A DNA stretch of 62,867 bases, counting the filler, from Aduncisulcus paluster (taxonomy: Eukaryota): assembly GCA_024181965.1 (NCBI GenBank). It is 5 parts of 5 records of this genome, joined end to end, with 100 filler letters (N's around TTAATTAATTAA, not from the genome) between each part and the next. Parts side by side here need not be neighbours in the genome. Positions count along the whole stretch, not along the records: positions 29,184 to 36,466 come from BQXS01010852.1; positions 36,567 to 55,706 come from BQXS01010853.1; 3 more parts are not named here. One strand, 5' to 3'. Both the position numbers and the translations under genes were made by a program. Positions 33,231 through 45,900 of the stretch are shown piece by piece. The stretch's first letter is position 1, and every line of letters begins with the position of its first letter. A model generated the notes under the pieces. It was not told where the DNA came from, made no database searches, and saw nothing but the letters and a program-made list of their open reading frames with translations.

Positions 33231-34355
33231 ATGACTGTTTTTGTTCACAATCTCCCCCCTGGGGTCTCAAACTCTCGCTTATTTACGATTGCTTGCCAAC
33301 TTGGTCGAGTTGTTAAATTTACACACCGTGCGCGGTGTAAATATTGTTTTGTTGATTATGCTACTGAAGACGAAGAAATTTTTGCCATTAGTCGCTTCAA
33401 TTCTATCTCTTTGACCGACTCAAAAGGGTGCGAGTATCGTTTAGGTTCTGAACCTGCAAAAAAATCATTGATTCCAGAACATCAATGGTTTCATACCGGA
33501 ATGCGCCCATCTATCCCAATTTCTGTGTCTTCCAGTTTACCTGTTATTCCCCATTTCGCTTATGAAAGATCTCTTTCTCATCCAAATTACCATGTATTTA
33601 GTGACTGTGATGTTCCACCTTTGCAACAATGTGCTCCAATGAGTCTATCTTCATCCTGGTTTTCATCAATTCCCCATGCTATGCCCACTAGCTCATCTTC
33701 CGATCCTTCCACGGTCCAATCCTTCCCCAAAAGTCATCATATGCATGGAAGTAGCGATATTCATTCTGATTCACACATTCTTCCACCTCTTGCCTCCTCG
33801 CACGTTCCGTATCTCTCCGTTCCTGGACCCATCTCAACCTTCAAAAGTATGGGTGGAGATCATCCTCATCAGAGGTATCTTGATGAGTATTCTTCCTCTT
33901 TTGACCCTCGAATTTCATCCTCAGCTCCATACCAATCCTTTAGATCTCGATCTGAGTCAATTCCTAGCACATCGTCTTCCTCATGTTCAACTTCCTCGAC
34001 TACTACCTCTTCTTCCTCTCTCGATGGATCAAGGACGATATCTCACTCGTCCTCATTGTTTTCTTCGCATTTACTTGACGACCCATCAACCCAACCCCAT
34101 CCTGGCCCTCTTACCTATGATTCCCGTAGCGGTCATAGTCAAGCCTACACGACTTCCACGAATCCTCCTCAATCCCACTTGGAATCGCTTGGATATGAAC
34201 CATTTTCCCTTGGATTTGGTCCAGATTACCCTCCATATTCCTCTGGTGTACTCTCACAGACCACTTCTTCCTCAGGGACTGCCAGGGACTGTGAGGGCTG
34301 TTTGAGTGAAGAGGAAGGAATGACTTCAATCCCAAAGATCTTATCTAATCGCTAA
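33231..34355 (+). CDS. RRM RNA-binding protein with Ser/Pro-rich disordered tail
   Basis: RNP2-like VFVHNL and RNP1-like KYCFVDY at the N-terminus. Confidence 0.75.
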   Translation: MTVFVHNLPPGVSNSRLFTIACQLGRVVKFTHRARCKYCFVDYATEDEEIFAISRFNSISLTDSKGCEYRLGSEPAKKSLIPEHQWFHTGMRPSIPISVSSSLPVIPHFAYERSLSHPNYHVFSDCDVPPLQQCAPMSLSSSWFSSIPHAMPTSSSSDPSTVQSFPKSHHMHGSSDIHSDSHILPPLASSHVPYLSVPGPISTFKSMGGDHPHQRYLDEYSSSFDPRISSSAPYQSFRSRSESIPSTSSSSCSTSSTTTSSSSLDGSRTISHSSSLFSSHLLDDPSTQPHPGPLTYDSRSGHSQAYTTSTNPPQSHLESLGYEPFSLGFGPDYPPYSSGVLSQTTSSSGTARDCEGCLSEEEGMTSIPKILSNR

Positions 34356-35002
34356 AAATAGATATTTATATACATATATTGAATATATATATATATATTT
34401 ATATACAATTTTACGTATATTGTTTGATTGTTTTTCTTATCTTTTCTTTTGATCTTATTTTTTTTTTTTTTTCCCGTTTCTCTCTTTTTTTTCTTCGTTT
34501 TCTTATTCCTTTGTAGTTTTTCTTTCTTTTCCGTTTTGAATGAAATCAGGAAGAATTTTTTTTGGTTTATTTATTTGTTTTGTTTATTAATATGAATATT
34601 TTTATATCTTATTATTGAATGTCTCATTTGTGCTCTTTTTTGTCCCTATAGAATTGTTTTTGTTTTAAATTGTATTGTTCGAAAATTTCTTCCCGTTTTC
34701 ACTTTGTTCCCTTGTCCAGGATTCCATCATCAAACGGATCAAAAAAAAAAAAAAACCCTTCTCACGAATTGTATATTTCAGGCATTTTTCTCATTTTTGT
34801 TACAAAAATTAATAATATTATTTCTATATTTATTTTGTTGAAGCTCTCTCTACAAATTGTTCATAAATCCCATTTGAAATGATGACACATCTCTTACAGT
34901 AGAAGATTAAAAATCAATATAATATATTGATTCAATATAAATTAAATCCGAGAATCAAAATAATTTTCAGTTGTCATTTTGAAAAATAAATTTAAGTTGA
35001 AA

Positions 35003-35151
35003 ACTATACTATACTATACTATACTATACTATACTATACTATACTATACTATACTGTATTCTAGATCTACTATACAACATTGTTTGGTCTGTTTTGGCTG
35101 ACTGCAACAATACTATACTATATACCGTACAATACTATACTATACTATACT
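35003..35151. repeat. (ACTAT)n pentanucleotide microsatellite with a degenerate second block
   Basis: About 10 perfect units at 35003-35055 and a degenerate block at about 35110-35151, between convergent genes. Confidence 0.9.
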
Positions 35152-35205
35152 GGAAATTATATAAGAGTTAGCTGACGAATAGAATAAACCCAACAACATT
35201 GACAA

Positions 35206-36466
35206 TTACAGATCAGACAAAATATCGCTTGAGGAATCTTTGAAAATCTCATCAACGGAATCACTCAATTCTTTATCCAGATCTCCAAATTCTAATTCAA
35301 TAGAAAGAATCGAAGATGAAGTCGCATTCATAAACTTCTTGTGGGAAGAAGATTCGCTGTCAGAGCTCTGACCATCTTCATCAACAGAGGAAGCCAGAGA
35401 CATCTTCCCAAGGGCATCAGGACTTGGAGTATTCGACTTGCTTGCCTCACCAATTCCTCTCCTCTCAAGCTGGGATGTTGATGTCGGTTTTAGGTGGAAC
35501 TCACTTGTCTGCGAATCATCTTTGGATTGTTCAGACTCAGACTCGAATATCTTATCCACATCCTCTGAGAAGGACTCTCCAAGAATGTCAAAATGAGAGT
35601 GATCCACGCCAGAGTCATCCACAGTCGAGTGGGAATTGGAAGTATCATCATCAGTGCTGTCAGAGAAAGGCATCGAAGAGCTAGCAAGACGGGTTTTGCT
35701 TGGGATTATACTAAGAACGGCATGAGATGAGTCATCGTGAAGGATACCTCGAATGGAAGAAGAGGAAATGAGAAGGTCTTTGGAGGATTTGACAAGAGGG
35801 GAAGAGTCCACGTCTTTGTCAGAGTCGTCAGATGAAGAGAGAGACTCAGAGGCATCAACAGAGGAGGATTCGGCACCAGCTACAAGTTGCTGAACACGTT
35901 TAAGAGCAGATTTGCGTTGTTCAGCCCGCTTCTTCTCTTCAATTTTCAAAGCCCTACGTTCTAGTACTTGCTTCCTCTCGATTTCACGCTGTATTCTTTC
36001 AGCAGCTTCTTGCTTGCGTTTCTCCTCTTTCTTTCGAAGACGAATGAGTTGACGTTCTTTCTCAACTTTTTGTTGTTCAAGTCGACGTTCTTGTAAAGCT
36101 CGTTGATTCTTTTTCTGCCTCTCTTTTGCCTCAAGTTCTGCTATTCTCTCATTTTCTTTCTCAATTTCTATTTTTTTCTTTTTTCTCATTTCGATAATTT
36201 TCTTCTTTTTTTGTCTCATCTGTTCGTTCTTCTCCCTTTTCTTCTTCATCCTTTCTTTCCTTTTTTTCTGCCGCTCTTTGATCTCCTCGAGATCTTCATC
36301 AGTGAGATCAGGCACATGCTGGAGAGAACTAATACCGTAGGGTGATGTTAGCACAGAGGGCATCAAAGAAACGGACATGGAGGTATATTGGTCACGGAGG
36401 CGAATAAGTTGCGCCATCGAGGGTTGAACCCGGGGCCTGGCACTTGTTGGAGGATGTGGTTTAATT
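35206..36466 (-). CDS. 3' part of a charged coiled-coil/Ser-rich protein (5' end in gap)
   Basis: Frame stays open from the listed ATG at 36417 up to the Ns at 36467. Confidence 0.65.
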
Positions 36467-36566
36467 NNNNNNNNNNNNNNNNNNNNNNNNNNNNNNNNNN
36501 NNNNNNNNNNTTAATTAATTAANNNNNNNNNNNNNNNNNNNNNNNNNNNNNNNNNNNNNNNNNNNN
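36467..36566. other. Assembly spacer N44-TTAATTAATTAA-N44
   Basis: Six-frame stop linker inside Ns. Confidence 0.95.
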
Positions 36567-39500
36567 TTCTCTTCACCTTCTTTTCCAATAGCATCAATGC
36601 CTTCTCCCCAAATGGATTCAAGCTTCTTACTCACCTTGTGTTGATCTATTTTGGGAATATTGCGCACAGAGAATCCAATACGATTGCGCGCACTCTTTAA
36701 CAGGCCAGAGTATTTACACATATCAGGTGAAAGAAGGAATGAGAATATCGATCCTGCGACATCCTTAAGGCCATCAATCTTCTCAACTGTCATCTTAGCG
36801 CTCAAAATGGCCAGTTCTTCCTGTAATTCAGAGAGACTGGCGAGTAACTTGGTGACATTGGTGCGATTGCTCGACTCTTGCACAGCTAGCATATCAACTC
36901 CCTCGCGATAATAAATGGCCCCAATGCACAGTTCACAGCCACCAATTAAACAAGCTCGACGAGCCCATGACCCAACATCTCCGCATTGGTTTGTAGAGTA
37001 ATCTCTAAGTTCTCTCTTGATAACAGCAATTGTTTGGGATAAAATGCTCTGCACACTCGGTAAAAATGTCGCTTGGGCCAATATTTTCTTTTCTTTCTCT
37101 TGCTTCTTCTCTTCGAACATCCTACGATTTCCAATAATTTCTGAAATGGTTCTTCTTCTTCCACCGTCCCATAACTCCTCAGATGTCAGATTCTGGGGAA
37201 CTCCAAGTGGTCTTGTGAGATTCTTTGTTCTGGTTTCACAAATAACGGCACCAGCCTCACCAAACACACACATGCAGCAAATACGACAACAGCTCAGAGC
37301 GCCATGTTTTCTCATGAGAATATCAGATGCAGGTGATGTGGAAGCATTGCACAACAGTGGGAATAGAAGGGACAATGGTGTAATGTTCTCATGCTCAGAG
37401 TCCAGTGAAGATTCTTCGAAAGAGGAAGAGGGTGGAAGCTGAGATAGAATGACATCTGGGAGTTGATCCTTGCTTAAACAGGTTCCCCAGATTTCCTTGG
37501 GGATATTACTACACGATTGGGCAACTGCGGGCGAAGATCCAATGACAGGAAGAATCAAAGATACCAGGAGAATGATCCATTCTTCTAATTTGTCAGTCCC
37601 AGAAAGAACATCTATCGCCCGCAAACAGAGTATCTTCATTGCTTTCCGCCCTTCTTCGCCTTCTTTTTCTCCTCTAAGTCCTTGAACCAACAATTTAATA
37701 GCTGCATCAAAGCAATTTTGAGGCAATGAAGGAGCTAATAAGGAGAGTGTTGAGAGTAGAGCAATTCTCATAATCTCAGAGGACATGAAATGGGGCAAAT
37801 ACAAGCAATTGATCACATATTTTATAATGCTAGCCTTGCAAGAGATATCCAAACAATCTTTTCCTCCCTTTTCTTCTTCTTTCTCCACAGTAACATCACA
37901 GTCCTCATAAATACCGCCAGAAAGTCCGGCTTCTTCTTTTTCTTCCATCACACACGCTACAATTTCACCGACACACAGTAAAGCACCATGCTTGGCTTCT
38001 TCAGACCTTGAGGCATCTCTGAGAAGGGGAACAACCCCTGGAAGAATAGATTCTCTGACATATTCTTTTTCCTCAAGTGCACAGAGCTTTCCAACACAAC
38101 GGGCTGAGAGATGTCTTATAAGGGGGTCCCAATGATGCATGCAAGCGGGAGAAATCAAATGGGAGATGAAAGACCGGCGGAGGGTTGGGGATAACGCAGC
38201 GATCGTTGGTGATACTCGCAGGAAAGAATTATGTACATTTCCAACAGAGTAAAAATCAGCAATGGCGAGGATCTTAATCCCATGCTCAAACACACCCAAT
38301 CTTCCAACACACTCTTGAAAAGCAGCAGAGGCAGCACGACGTACATTGACTTCCCTGTCAAATACACAAACACAGAGTAAAGCAGAGGATAAGGAAGGCG
38401 CAAAGGGCATGATGTCTTCTGGGTTATAGGCTCGAGATAGGGACCAAACACAGAAACATGCACCATCACGAACAGAGGCAGCAGCACTTCGACGACCACT
38501 TCTAAACTCTGTCTGGAGAGCCAAATGAATGACATCAACAGCTTTATGCAATTGGCTCTTTTCCACCAAACCTCTCCGAATCAACTCTGCGAGACATATA
38601 CATGCTCCATGCCATGATTCTGGAGGTTCAGCAGGAGAAAATAGAGATAAGATAGACTCCAAGACATCTCTGGCAAATGAACGGGGAATACGAGCAGTCA
38701 GAGTTCCAAGACCCTTGGCAGCTTCTGATCTAACTTGAGTATGAGAGTGAGTTAGATTACACAACAAAACATCAAAGCAATCATCGAACAGTACGGGAAC
38801 ATCGAAGCCAACTTCTTCGTCATCTTCTTCGGAAATGGTTTGCTCGGAGGCAGCTTCTTTCTCGTGTACAGAAATAGAATGGGGAGATCCGGGTTGGGAT
38901 GAATCTTCTTCATCTTTCAAGCGGTGAGGATCTTGGGCATATCCGCCGAGAATGAAATCTTCTCCCTCAATTCCGGCTTTCTTTATACCCTGAACGCCAT
39001 CCTTGTCAACATGAGTCAGGAGGGATCTGCTTCCACGGCTGTATGCCCAGGCACATGGACGTTTATGTGAGAATACGAGACCACATGAGGTCACAAGAGA
39101 CGATAGTGCAACTCTACAAGAAGGAGAAGTAAACAAGGGACTCTTCCGGGCTGTTTGACGATCTTCTTCCGTCAATGGGGGGAAATCGGAATCTTCAGCT
39201 TGAATGTCAGTCTCTTCATCGCCTAGACTTGTTCTTTCAGCTCCTCCAGCTGCTTCAATCAAAATGCGTGGAATCATGATTGCAAACGGTCTAACTTGAT
39301 CACGAGGGCATGTGGAAAATGAAATAGAGAGAGAACGAATGATTGGAAGGGCCGTGTTGAGGGAAATTTTTTGAGAAGGAAGAATAGCATCCCAATCTCG
39401 ACATTTTTGACCATAGACACATGCTTGAAGTAAATCATAACATATCCCAAAATACAGCGAGATTGTCGAATATTTCTCTAATTTTCCATCAACTAACAAT

Positions 39501-39787
39501 TCTATCTGTTCATTTGCATCATGTCTAGAAACAAGTCTGGCAAGGAGAACTCCAGCTTCCTCATCTTGATTAATTCTTTGATTAATTCCGGAAAATCCGA
39601 TGGATAATATTGTTGATGGTGATATTCCAAGGGTTTTTAATGGAAAAGGCACAAGAATGAGCAGGGACAATTTTGAAAACAGAGATTTCTCCTCTTGCCA
39701 CTCAGATTCCCTTTTTTGAAGCTCAAGAAGTTCTGCAATGGTAGTCCGCAACTGTGTTGGTGAAGTTGTATCACAAGAATCAGACAT
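36567..39787 (-). CDS. TBCD: Tubulin-folding cofactor D, 3'-truncated by gap
   Basis: VRSEAAKGLG, WHGACICLAEL, VRDGACFCVWSLSRAY, FDREVNVRRAASAAFQECVGRLG, GDVGSWAR. ATG at 39787. Confidence 0.93.
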
Positions 39788-40408
39788 GAAATGATTAATT
39801 TGTATCAAACTCAAGAATAAAATGTTGCACTTCAGAAAAATCAACTATTGAGGAATAAAAGGTATTAGATGATCGTGTATTGTAACATAACATTTCGAAT
39901 TTACTCAGAGACGGATATATATCCGTGGAATTGGAGAATAATGAAGAAGATTAGCTTAAATTATCAGAGTCGGTGATAGGGAATTTATGTAACAAGGTAA
40001 TTTGGAGATTCCCAAAGTTCTGCATTATTATTGCAAAATTAACTACTCATCATTCTTCCTTTATGGAAGGATCAAAAGAAATTAGGAAAAAAAAAACTAA
40101 TCATATTGATGATTTACTACTTCTAGATTTTACAAATAATTTTTAAGTAACTACTATATTAAGCTTGAATTTGGCTTTTGCTTATGAACAATTCATATTA
40201 TTTCGCGACATATATTGACAGTTTCTATCACGTGAAAATAGGAAGATAAACGTGAAATACCAGTGGATAATACCTATAATAAGATGTTAGTTCAATTTTT
40301 TTTATTAAATCATAATATTGGTTTATAGAAAAAGATATTAGTCTTCTATTTTTAGAAAATCTCCTTCTCAGATATTGTAATTCTTTTGATTCTTGGTTTG
40401 TGAGCCGA

Positions 40409-40851
40409 ATGACTGTTGAAAAATCCCACAGAAAGCAGAGGAGCAAAGCTACCGCTCGTCGTAACAAAATGGTCAAGTCTGTTTGCCGTGAGGTTGCTGG
40501 AATGTGCAACTATGAGAGAAGAATCGCTGAAATGATCAAGTTGGGTAAGGATCGTGTATGTAATCAGTCTAGATATGTTGATTTTCTTTAGTATTTTAGA
40601 TTTTAAATGATTATAATTTTCTTATTATCTTTAATTTTGTCTTAATTGAATTCTCGTTGATATTTGTTGGATTTCATTTATATTTCACGTAAAATCTCGT
40701 TAAATCAATCCTCGTTATTTCATATATGTTGTGTTTATATTTTTTCCTTTAGCGTGCTCTCCGTTTTGCTAAGAAGCGTCTTGGTAACCACAAGCGTGCT
40801 CAGTTGAAACGTGATGAGGTTGCTGAATTGATCAAGGCCGGATACCATTAA
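40409..40851 (+). CDS. RPL36: 60S ribosomal protein eL36, 2 exons (40409-40555, 40753-40851)
   Basis: Spliced product contains REVAGMCNYERRIAEMIKLGKDR|RALRFAKKRLGNHKRAQLKRDE, the eL36 core. Missed as a unit by the ORF track. Confidence 0.95.
40556..40752 (+). other. Spliceosomal intron (197 nt, phase 0)
   Basis: GTATGT donor, pyrimidine tract and TAG acceptor; removal restores eL36. Confidence 0.93.
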
Positions 40852-41067
40852 GCAGTCAATAAATTCTATCTCTATATTTGAGATTTGGGAATATTATCCT
40901 TGTTTTTTGTATTTCTTAGGTTCTTTGGAGTTTTTTGGCATTTTCTTTAAAATTTGACTGTACAGTCATTATTCTGAGATAAATATTTTTTTTTGTTTTC
41001 GGTATTATATAGAATAAACAATAAAACGTCATCATCTTGTTTTGCTCCAAAACATGATTATACTGAA

Positions 41068-42696
41068 ATGATGTTTACAAATTTATTTATAAAAGGGAAT
41101 ATTAAATCAGGTGAAATAATTATATGTGGTGAATGTCGAGGTTTTGTTTCAAGGAATGGAAAAGTGAAGCCTGACGTTCCATTATTGACAAAGCATTCAA
41201 TTAAAGATGATAAATCATCAATCGCTGGAATACCAGAATTTAATGAAGTCTCAGAATGGATATCCTATGTCCAACAATGCGATTTTGAAAGAAAGCAATA
41301 TATTCAATCCACTAACCCCGAAGCTCTTTCGTCATTTCATAGTTTTGCATCATCAATGGCTTCCCAACGTGTTGAAGTTATTCGGGATGGAATTAAATAT
41401 TTAGTATATTCAGCGTCGCGACCTCCTTCCCGTTCGCAAAACCCAGTTCAAAATCATAAACTTTCAGGATCTGTTATGTCACTAACGCCATCTCAACCAA
41501 TTCCCCAACGACCAGGATCTCAGATACCTATATTCTCAAAGCCAGATGGACCTATCACTAATACTCCTGTTACTCTTAAAAGATCAAGATTGGAATATTG
41601 GGGAGATGATAAAGGATATATTTGTAGTGCTGGAGCTCCTGTTCCATCGTCATCTTCTAAGCAACAACCATCTTCAACCCCAAGTAAGAAATCATCAATT
41701 TCCTCCGGTTCATCCGAAACAGCCTCAAATGAATCGAATACTAAAGTTCCATCTGTTGGAACTGACTATTCTTCAACAGGGATACCTGCTTCTTCTACTC
41801 TAACTGAAATTCCTTGTACAACTAAAGTAGGATCTTCCGGGACTTCTGGTTCTAGTTCCGGCATTCTTTCATCGGTAAACCGACCATCAACCCCCACTAT
41901 CACTCATCGTCAACCTGTTTCTTCTTCCACAGCGTCTTCCTCCTCTTCATCGGGGCAGAGTCTCCTTCCTTCAGCTCTCGTCCTGTCTGGTCTTCCCATT
42001 CCTTCTCATTCTTCTCATTCTATACTTGTCATCATGAGAAGAATCTCTGGAGAAGGGAGTCGAGTTCGTCTTAATTCGCATACTTTCCATTCTCTCGTTG
42101 AAGGCGCTGCTGGAAGTCTGAGTCTTGGAGTTGCTGGGAAAAAGGGGAAGAAAGATCCTTCGAGTCCCTCTTCATCTTCCTCTTCGGCATCAACTTCTTC
42201 GGGTAGGGGTAGTTCACATCCAAAATCTTCTCAAATCTCCATTGTTCTTCCCCAATCTTCAGTGTTCAAACTTCTTGATATCGCTCGGTCTGTGTTGCGA
42301 TGTCCGAGGTTGGTAGCATGTCGTGATGAATATGGTTGTATAATCCTTGATGTTAGACTGGTGCAACAAGGGAATGTATTGTATTTTACAACTGAAGAGG
42401 AAGAATCGATGCTCGCTTTGATGGAGCGGGAAAGGTTAGCTTATTCACGCAATTCGGACAGCTCTCGTGATGCATTGGTATCCTCTGATCGGTTCTTGGA
42501 TGATTATGACACATTTAACATAGATTCGATGTATTCTCCTTCTTCACTTTTGTATAATTTCACAAGTATGGGAATTCTTGGGGTTGGTGCCAAGATGACA
42601 GATGATGGATATATGGGTAAAATTGGCAAAAGAAGAGTTATTGAGGAAAGAATTATTACTGCAAAACCAAAGGAAGAGGAAGAGGTCAATACTTGA
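41068..42696 (+). CDS. Ser-rich protein with a C-terminal KHA/doublecortin-like (beta-grasp) domain
   Basis: IVLPQSSVFKLLDIARSVL..DEYGCIILDVRLVQQGNVLYFT resembles the KHA pattern. First ATG at 41068. Confidence 0.55.
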   Translation: MMFTNLFIKGNIKSGEIIICGECRGFVSRNGKVKPDVPLLTKHSIKDDKSSIAGIPEFNEVSEWISYVQQCDFERKQYIQSTNPEALSSFHSFASSMASQRVEVIRDGIKYLVYSASRPPSRSQNPVQNHKLSGSVMSLTPSQPIPQRPGSQIPIFSKPDGPITNTPVTLKRSRLEYWGDDKGYICSAGAPVPSSSSKQQPSSTPSKKSSISSGSSETASNESNTKVPSVGTDYSSTGIPASSTLTEIPCTTKVGSSGTSGSSSGILSSVNRPSTPTITHRQPVSSSTASSSSSSGQSLLPSALVLSGLPIPSHSSHSILVIMRRISGEGSRVRLNSHTFHSLVEGAAGSLSLGVAGKKGKKDPSSPSSSSSSASTSSGRGSSHPKSSQISIVLPQSSVFKLLDIARSVLRCPRLVACRDEYGCIILDVRLVQQGNVLYFTTEEEESMLALMERERLAYSRNSDSSRDALVSSDRFLDDYDTFNIDSMYSPSSLLYNFTSMGILGVGAKMTDDGYMGKIGKRRVIEERIITAKPKEEEEVNT

Positions 42697-42955
42697 TGTG
42701 AGAATTTTCATTGATGATTTATTAAAAATATTGGAAATCAAACTTAGGTACTCTTCAATGTCTCTAATCAGAGATAATGAGAGTCACATTGAGTTGATAT
42801 TTCATTGATAATTTGTCTAATGATATCATGTAACGTTCTGATATCAGAATTTCTTATGTACAAAAAATCATTTTTTTTATACTTTAAAAATGAAAGTCTC
42901 AAGAGATCAACTAGAATCAGTAAAGGATGTTTATAAGTGCAAATGAGGAAGGAAT

Positions 42956-45900
42956 TTAATGCAATTCGTCAAAGATCATGCCGATCTGAGCTTTCTTTTC
43001 ACGAATGATTCTCCCTTCAAAGCACATCTTACACACCTTCTCGGCACGGAGTTTGTAAAATTCTGGCAAGATTTTCTTGTGTCCACTGCATTCAGAGCAA
43101 AATACATATCCACAGCATCTGCAATGGTGACGTCTGTTAATCCTTGTAAATCTAACACCACATCCGCAGCAGAAAGCACAATCATCATCCGAGATCCAAT
43201 TAACTTTCTCAGCTCTCTTACTCAATATCGGACAGCACCACTTTACATTGCATGCGGTATCACAGGACAATATCACGTGTGCTGATTGTGGGATGAAAAT
43301 TGACGAAAGAGGGTATTCGTGTTGCACGGGAGAGCAGACAAACTCGATCTTGTTGGCAAAATGCTCGGCGGAACATTTCTCGGCTTCATCACTGCAATAA
43401 AGTTCCTCAATGGTCTTCCAATATTCTTCCAACTTCTTCTCAAATGTTTTGAGCATGGCTTTCGACCTAGCATCAATATCTTCACGTGAGGATAGATCTT
43501 CATGTAATGTGGTAGCCGTGACAGAAAGAGAACTCTCATCCATCCTACTTGAGTCTAAATCATGGAAAGCATGGCTGGACGAACCAGCAGACTCTTCAAG
43601 CAACTTCTGGCGTCTGGCTCTTTCTTCTTCTTCGTGTCTCTTCCTTAACTTCTCATAGATCCGTTTGTCTTGATCCTCATCCATCGCACCAANNNNNNNN
43701 NNNNNNNNNNNNATTCGTGTTGCACGGGAGAGCAGACAAACTCGATCTTGTTGGCAAAATGCTCGGCGGAACATTTCTCGGCTTCATCACTGCAATAAAG
43801 TTCCTCAATGGTCTTCCAATATTCTTCCAACTTCTTCTCAAATGTTTTGAGCATGGCTTTCGACCTAGCATCAATATCTTCACGTGAGGATAGATCTTCA
43901 TGTAATGTGGTAGCCGTGACAGAAAGAGAACTCTCATCCATCCTACTTGAGTCTAAATCATGGAAAGCATGGCTGGACGAACCAGCAGACTCTTCAAGCA
44001 ACTTCTGGCGTCTGGCTCTTTCTTCTTCTTCGTGTCTCTTCCTTAACTTCTCATAGATCCGTTTGGCTTGATCCTCATCCATCGCACCAAGAGCTTCAAT
44101 CACCTTAATTCCGGCATTCTCAAACTTTTCACGTTCTCTTTCTTCCCGCAATCTCTTTTCTTCTTCCAATTCACGTTTCAAATCTCCACTGTGATAAATA
44201 TCGAGACGTTTCCTCACAGTTTGCTTCATAGATTTAAATTCAAGTTTCAATTTCTCCTCTTCCTTTGTGAAGGAAGGTACAATTCCAAATCTGATTCTCC
44301 AAATGGAAATCTCACCGCCTTCATGTCCAGCAACGAGAATTGTATTGTTGAAATATGATGCGTTATTGGCTACTCGAATCATGGAAACCCGTGATAAAGT
44401 GATTTGTTGTTTTCGATGAGAATCTGTGACTTCACCTGAAATTCTTGTATTCACAACATACTGACCGCTATGAATATCACAGATGGCCAAGAACACTCCA
44501 TCACACACCCAGACCCAGTCATGGCTCACCCACATGCATAGACGAGGTCCAGAGGAGGAGAGAGAAGAGCTGTATGGAGGGGGTGTCAAGGGGCTTGAAA
44601 TGGAACACGGGCTTGGTTGACCCTCATAGAACTGTTTGGAAGGACACAATAAATGACTCAAAACTCGGTATATCACGTAACTCCGAGAGTCAATGAGGAC
44701 AACCGTTGCGTCACTTGTGAGGATATACAAAAGGTGGGTCTCTTCATTCATTTGCATAGAAATAACCTTATTATCCATATTGAAGCCAGCACACAGTGAA
44801 AGAACATCGTTGGCATGGCTATAGGCTCTGTTGTAAGGGAAGAGACCGGCCACATTAACGTGAATATCTCCAACCTTTTGAGAATCTGAATTATCGATAA
44901 TTTTCCATATCTTTACAGAATTTCTGCAACTCGTGACGAATAATCCGTCTCCAACACACAAAGAATCGATGGGTCCAGAATGTATTGAAGGGAAACACAG
45001 AAGAACGGGTGACTTCATGATATCACGGAAAGAAGTATGAGTGTTTGAAGAGATTCCATCAAGGGGATTACCATGAACAGACGAGGCTTCACGAATTACA
45101 ATTCCTCGATCAAATGGAGCTGCGTACACTGAATATTCCATCGTGGATTCGTGCATAGAGACATCACCAATACTTGTTTGTTCTTTCGGCAATCCACTTG
45201 AAGAGGCTTCATCAAATAAGACATCTTGCATAGGTTTTGCAGATATGAAATTAACTAAAGCTGAGCCAGGCATTCCGACCTGAGCAATGGTTTGGGAGGC
45301 ATCAATTTCTGGATTGAATGTCAAAGCACTGGAGTTAAAGGATGAAACAATGCTCAAAGCGGGAATATTAGAGACAAATGAGGAGATCGATGCTGTACAA
45401 GCAACCCCCAACAAAGAAGGCAAGAAAGAGATGTTCACCCTATTAACATCAGACGAGGCTCTTCGGTTCTTATGTGGGTGAGCCTCAGACTCAAAGAGTT
45501 GCTTGGGGGTCAATCCAAAGTATCTCATCTGAAGCATCTTGCTTCTCTTCTCTTCAACGTTGGTCTCCCCCTCAATGTGTCTCTTAGAGGCATAGGTCAG
45601 GGGATAGAATATATTCACGGCTTCATGAGCAGCCGGTCCACGCTGTTTGAACCCAAAGATAAGGTCAATCCAAGAACATAACTCGTCAGAACAGAATGAA
45701 CTCTCAAGGGCCTGTCGCATAATCCTAGTGAAGGCAACAGGAGAGTTATGAGCCCACATGGGGAGTTCAACATCGTTCACGGGTTTCAGTGTCTCCTGAC
45801 TCTGTCCAAAATTGAGGACATTCTGGTTAGTGAAGAGGCTAGGAAGGTAGAAGAACTCTGGGATAAGTTCCTTGACATCAGCCATGTTGAGAGAAGATGC

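Noticed and set aside
35003-35151. (ACTAT)n as a telomeric repeat or CRISPR-like array
   Set aside because: No G-rich strand, internal position, no unique spacers; a simple microsatellite.
39943-39956. GAAGATTAGC resembling the U6 snRNA core
   Set aside because: Lacks the preceding ACAGAG box and the following AUGGCCCC stem-loop.
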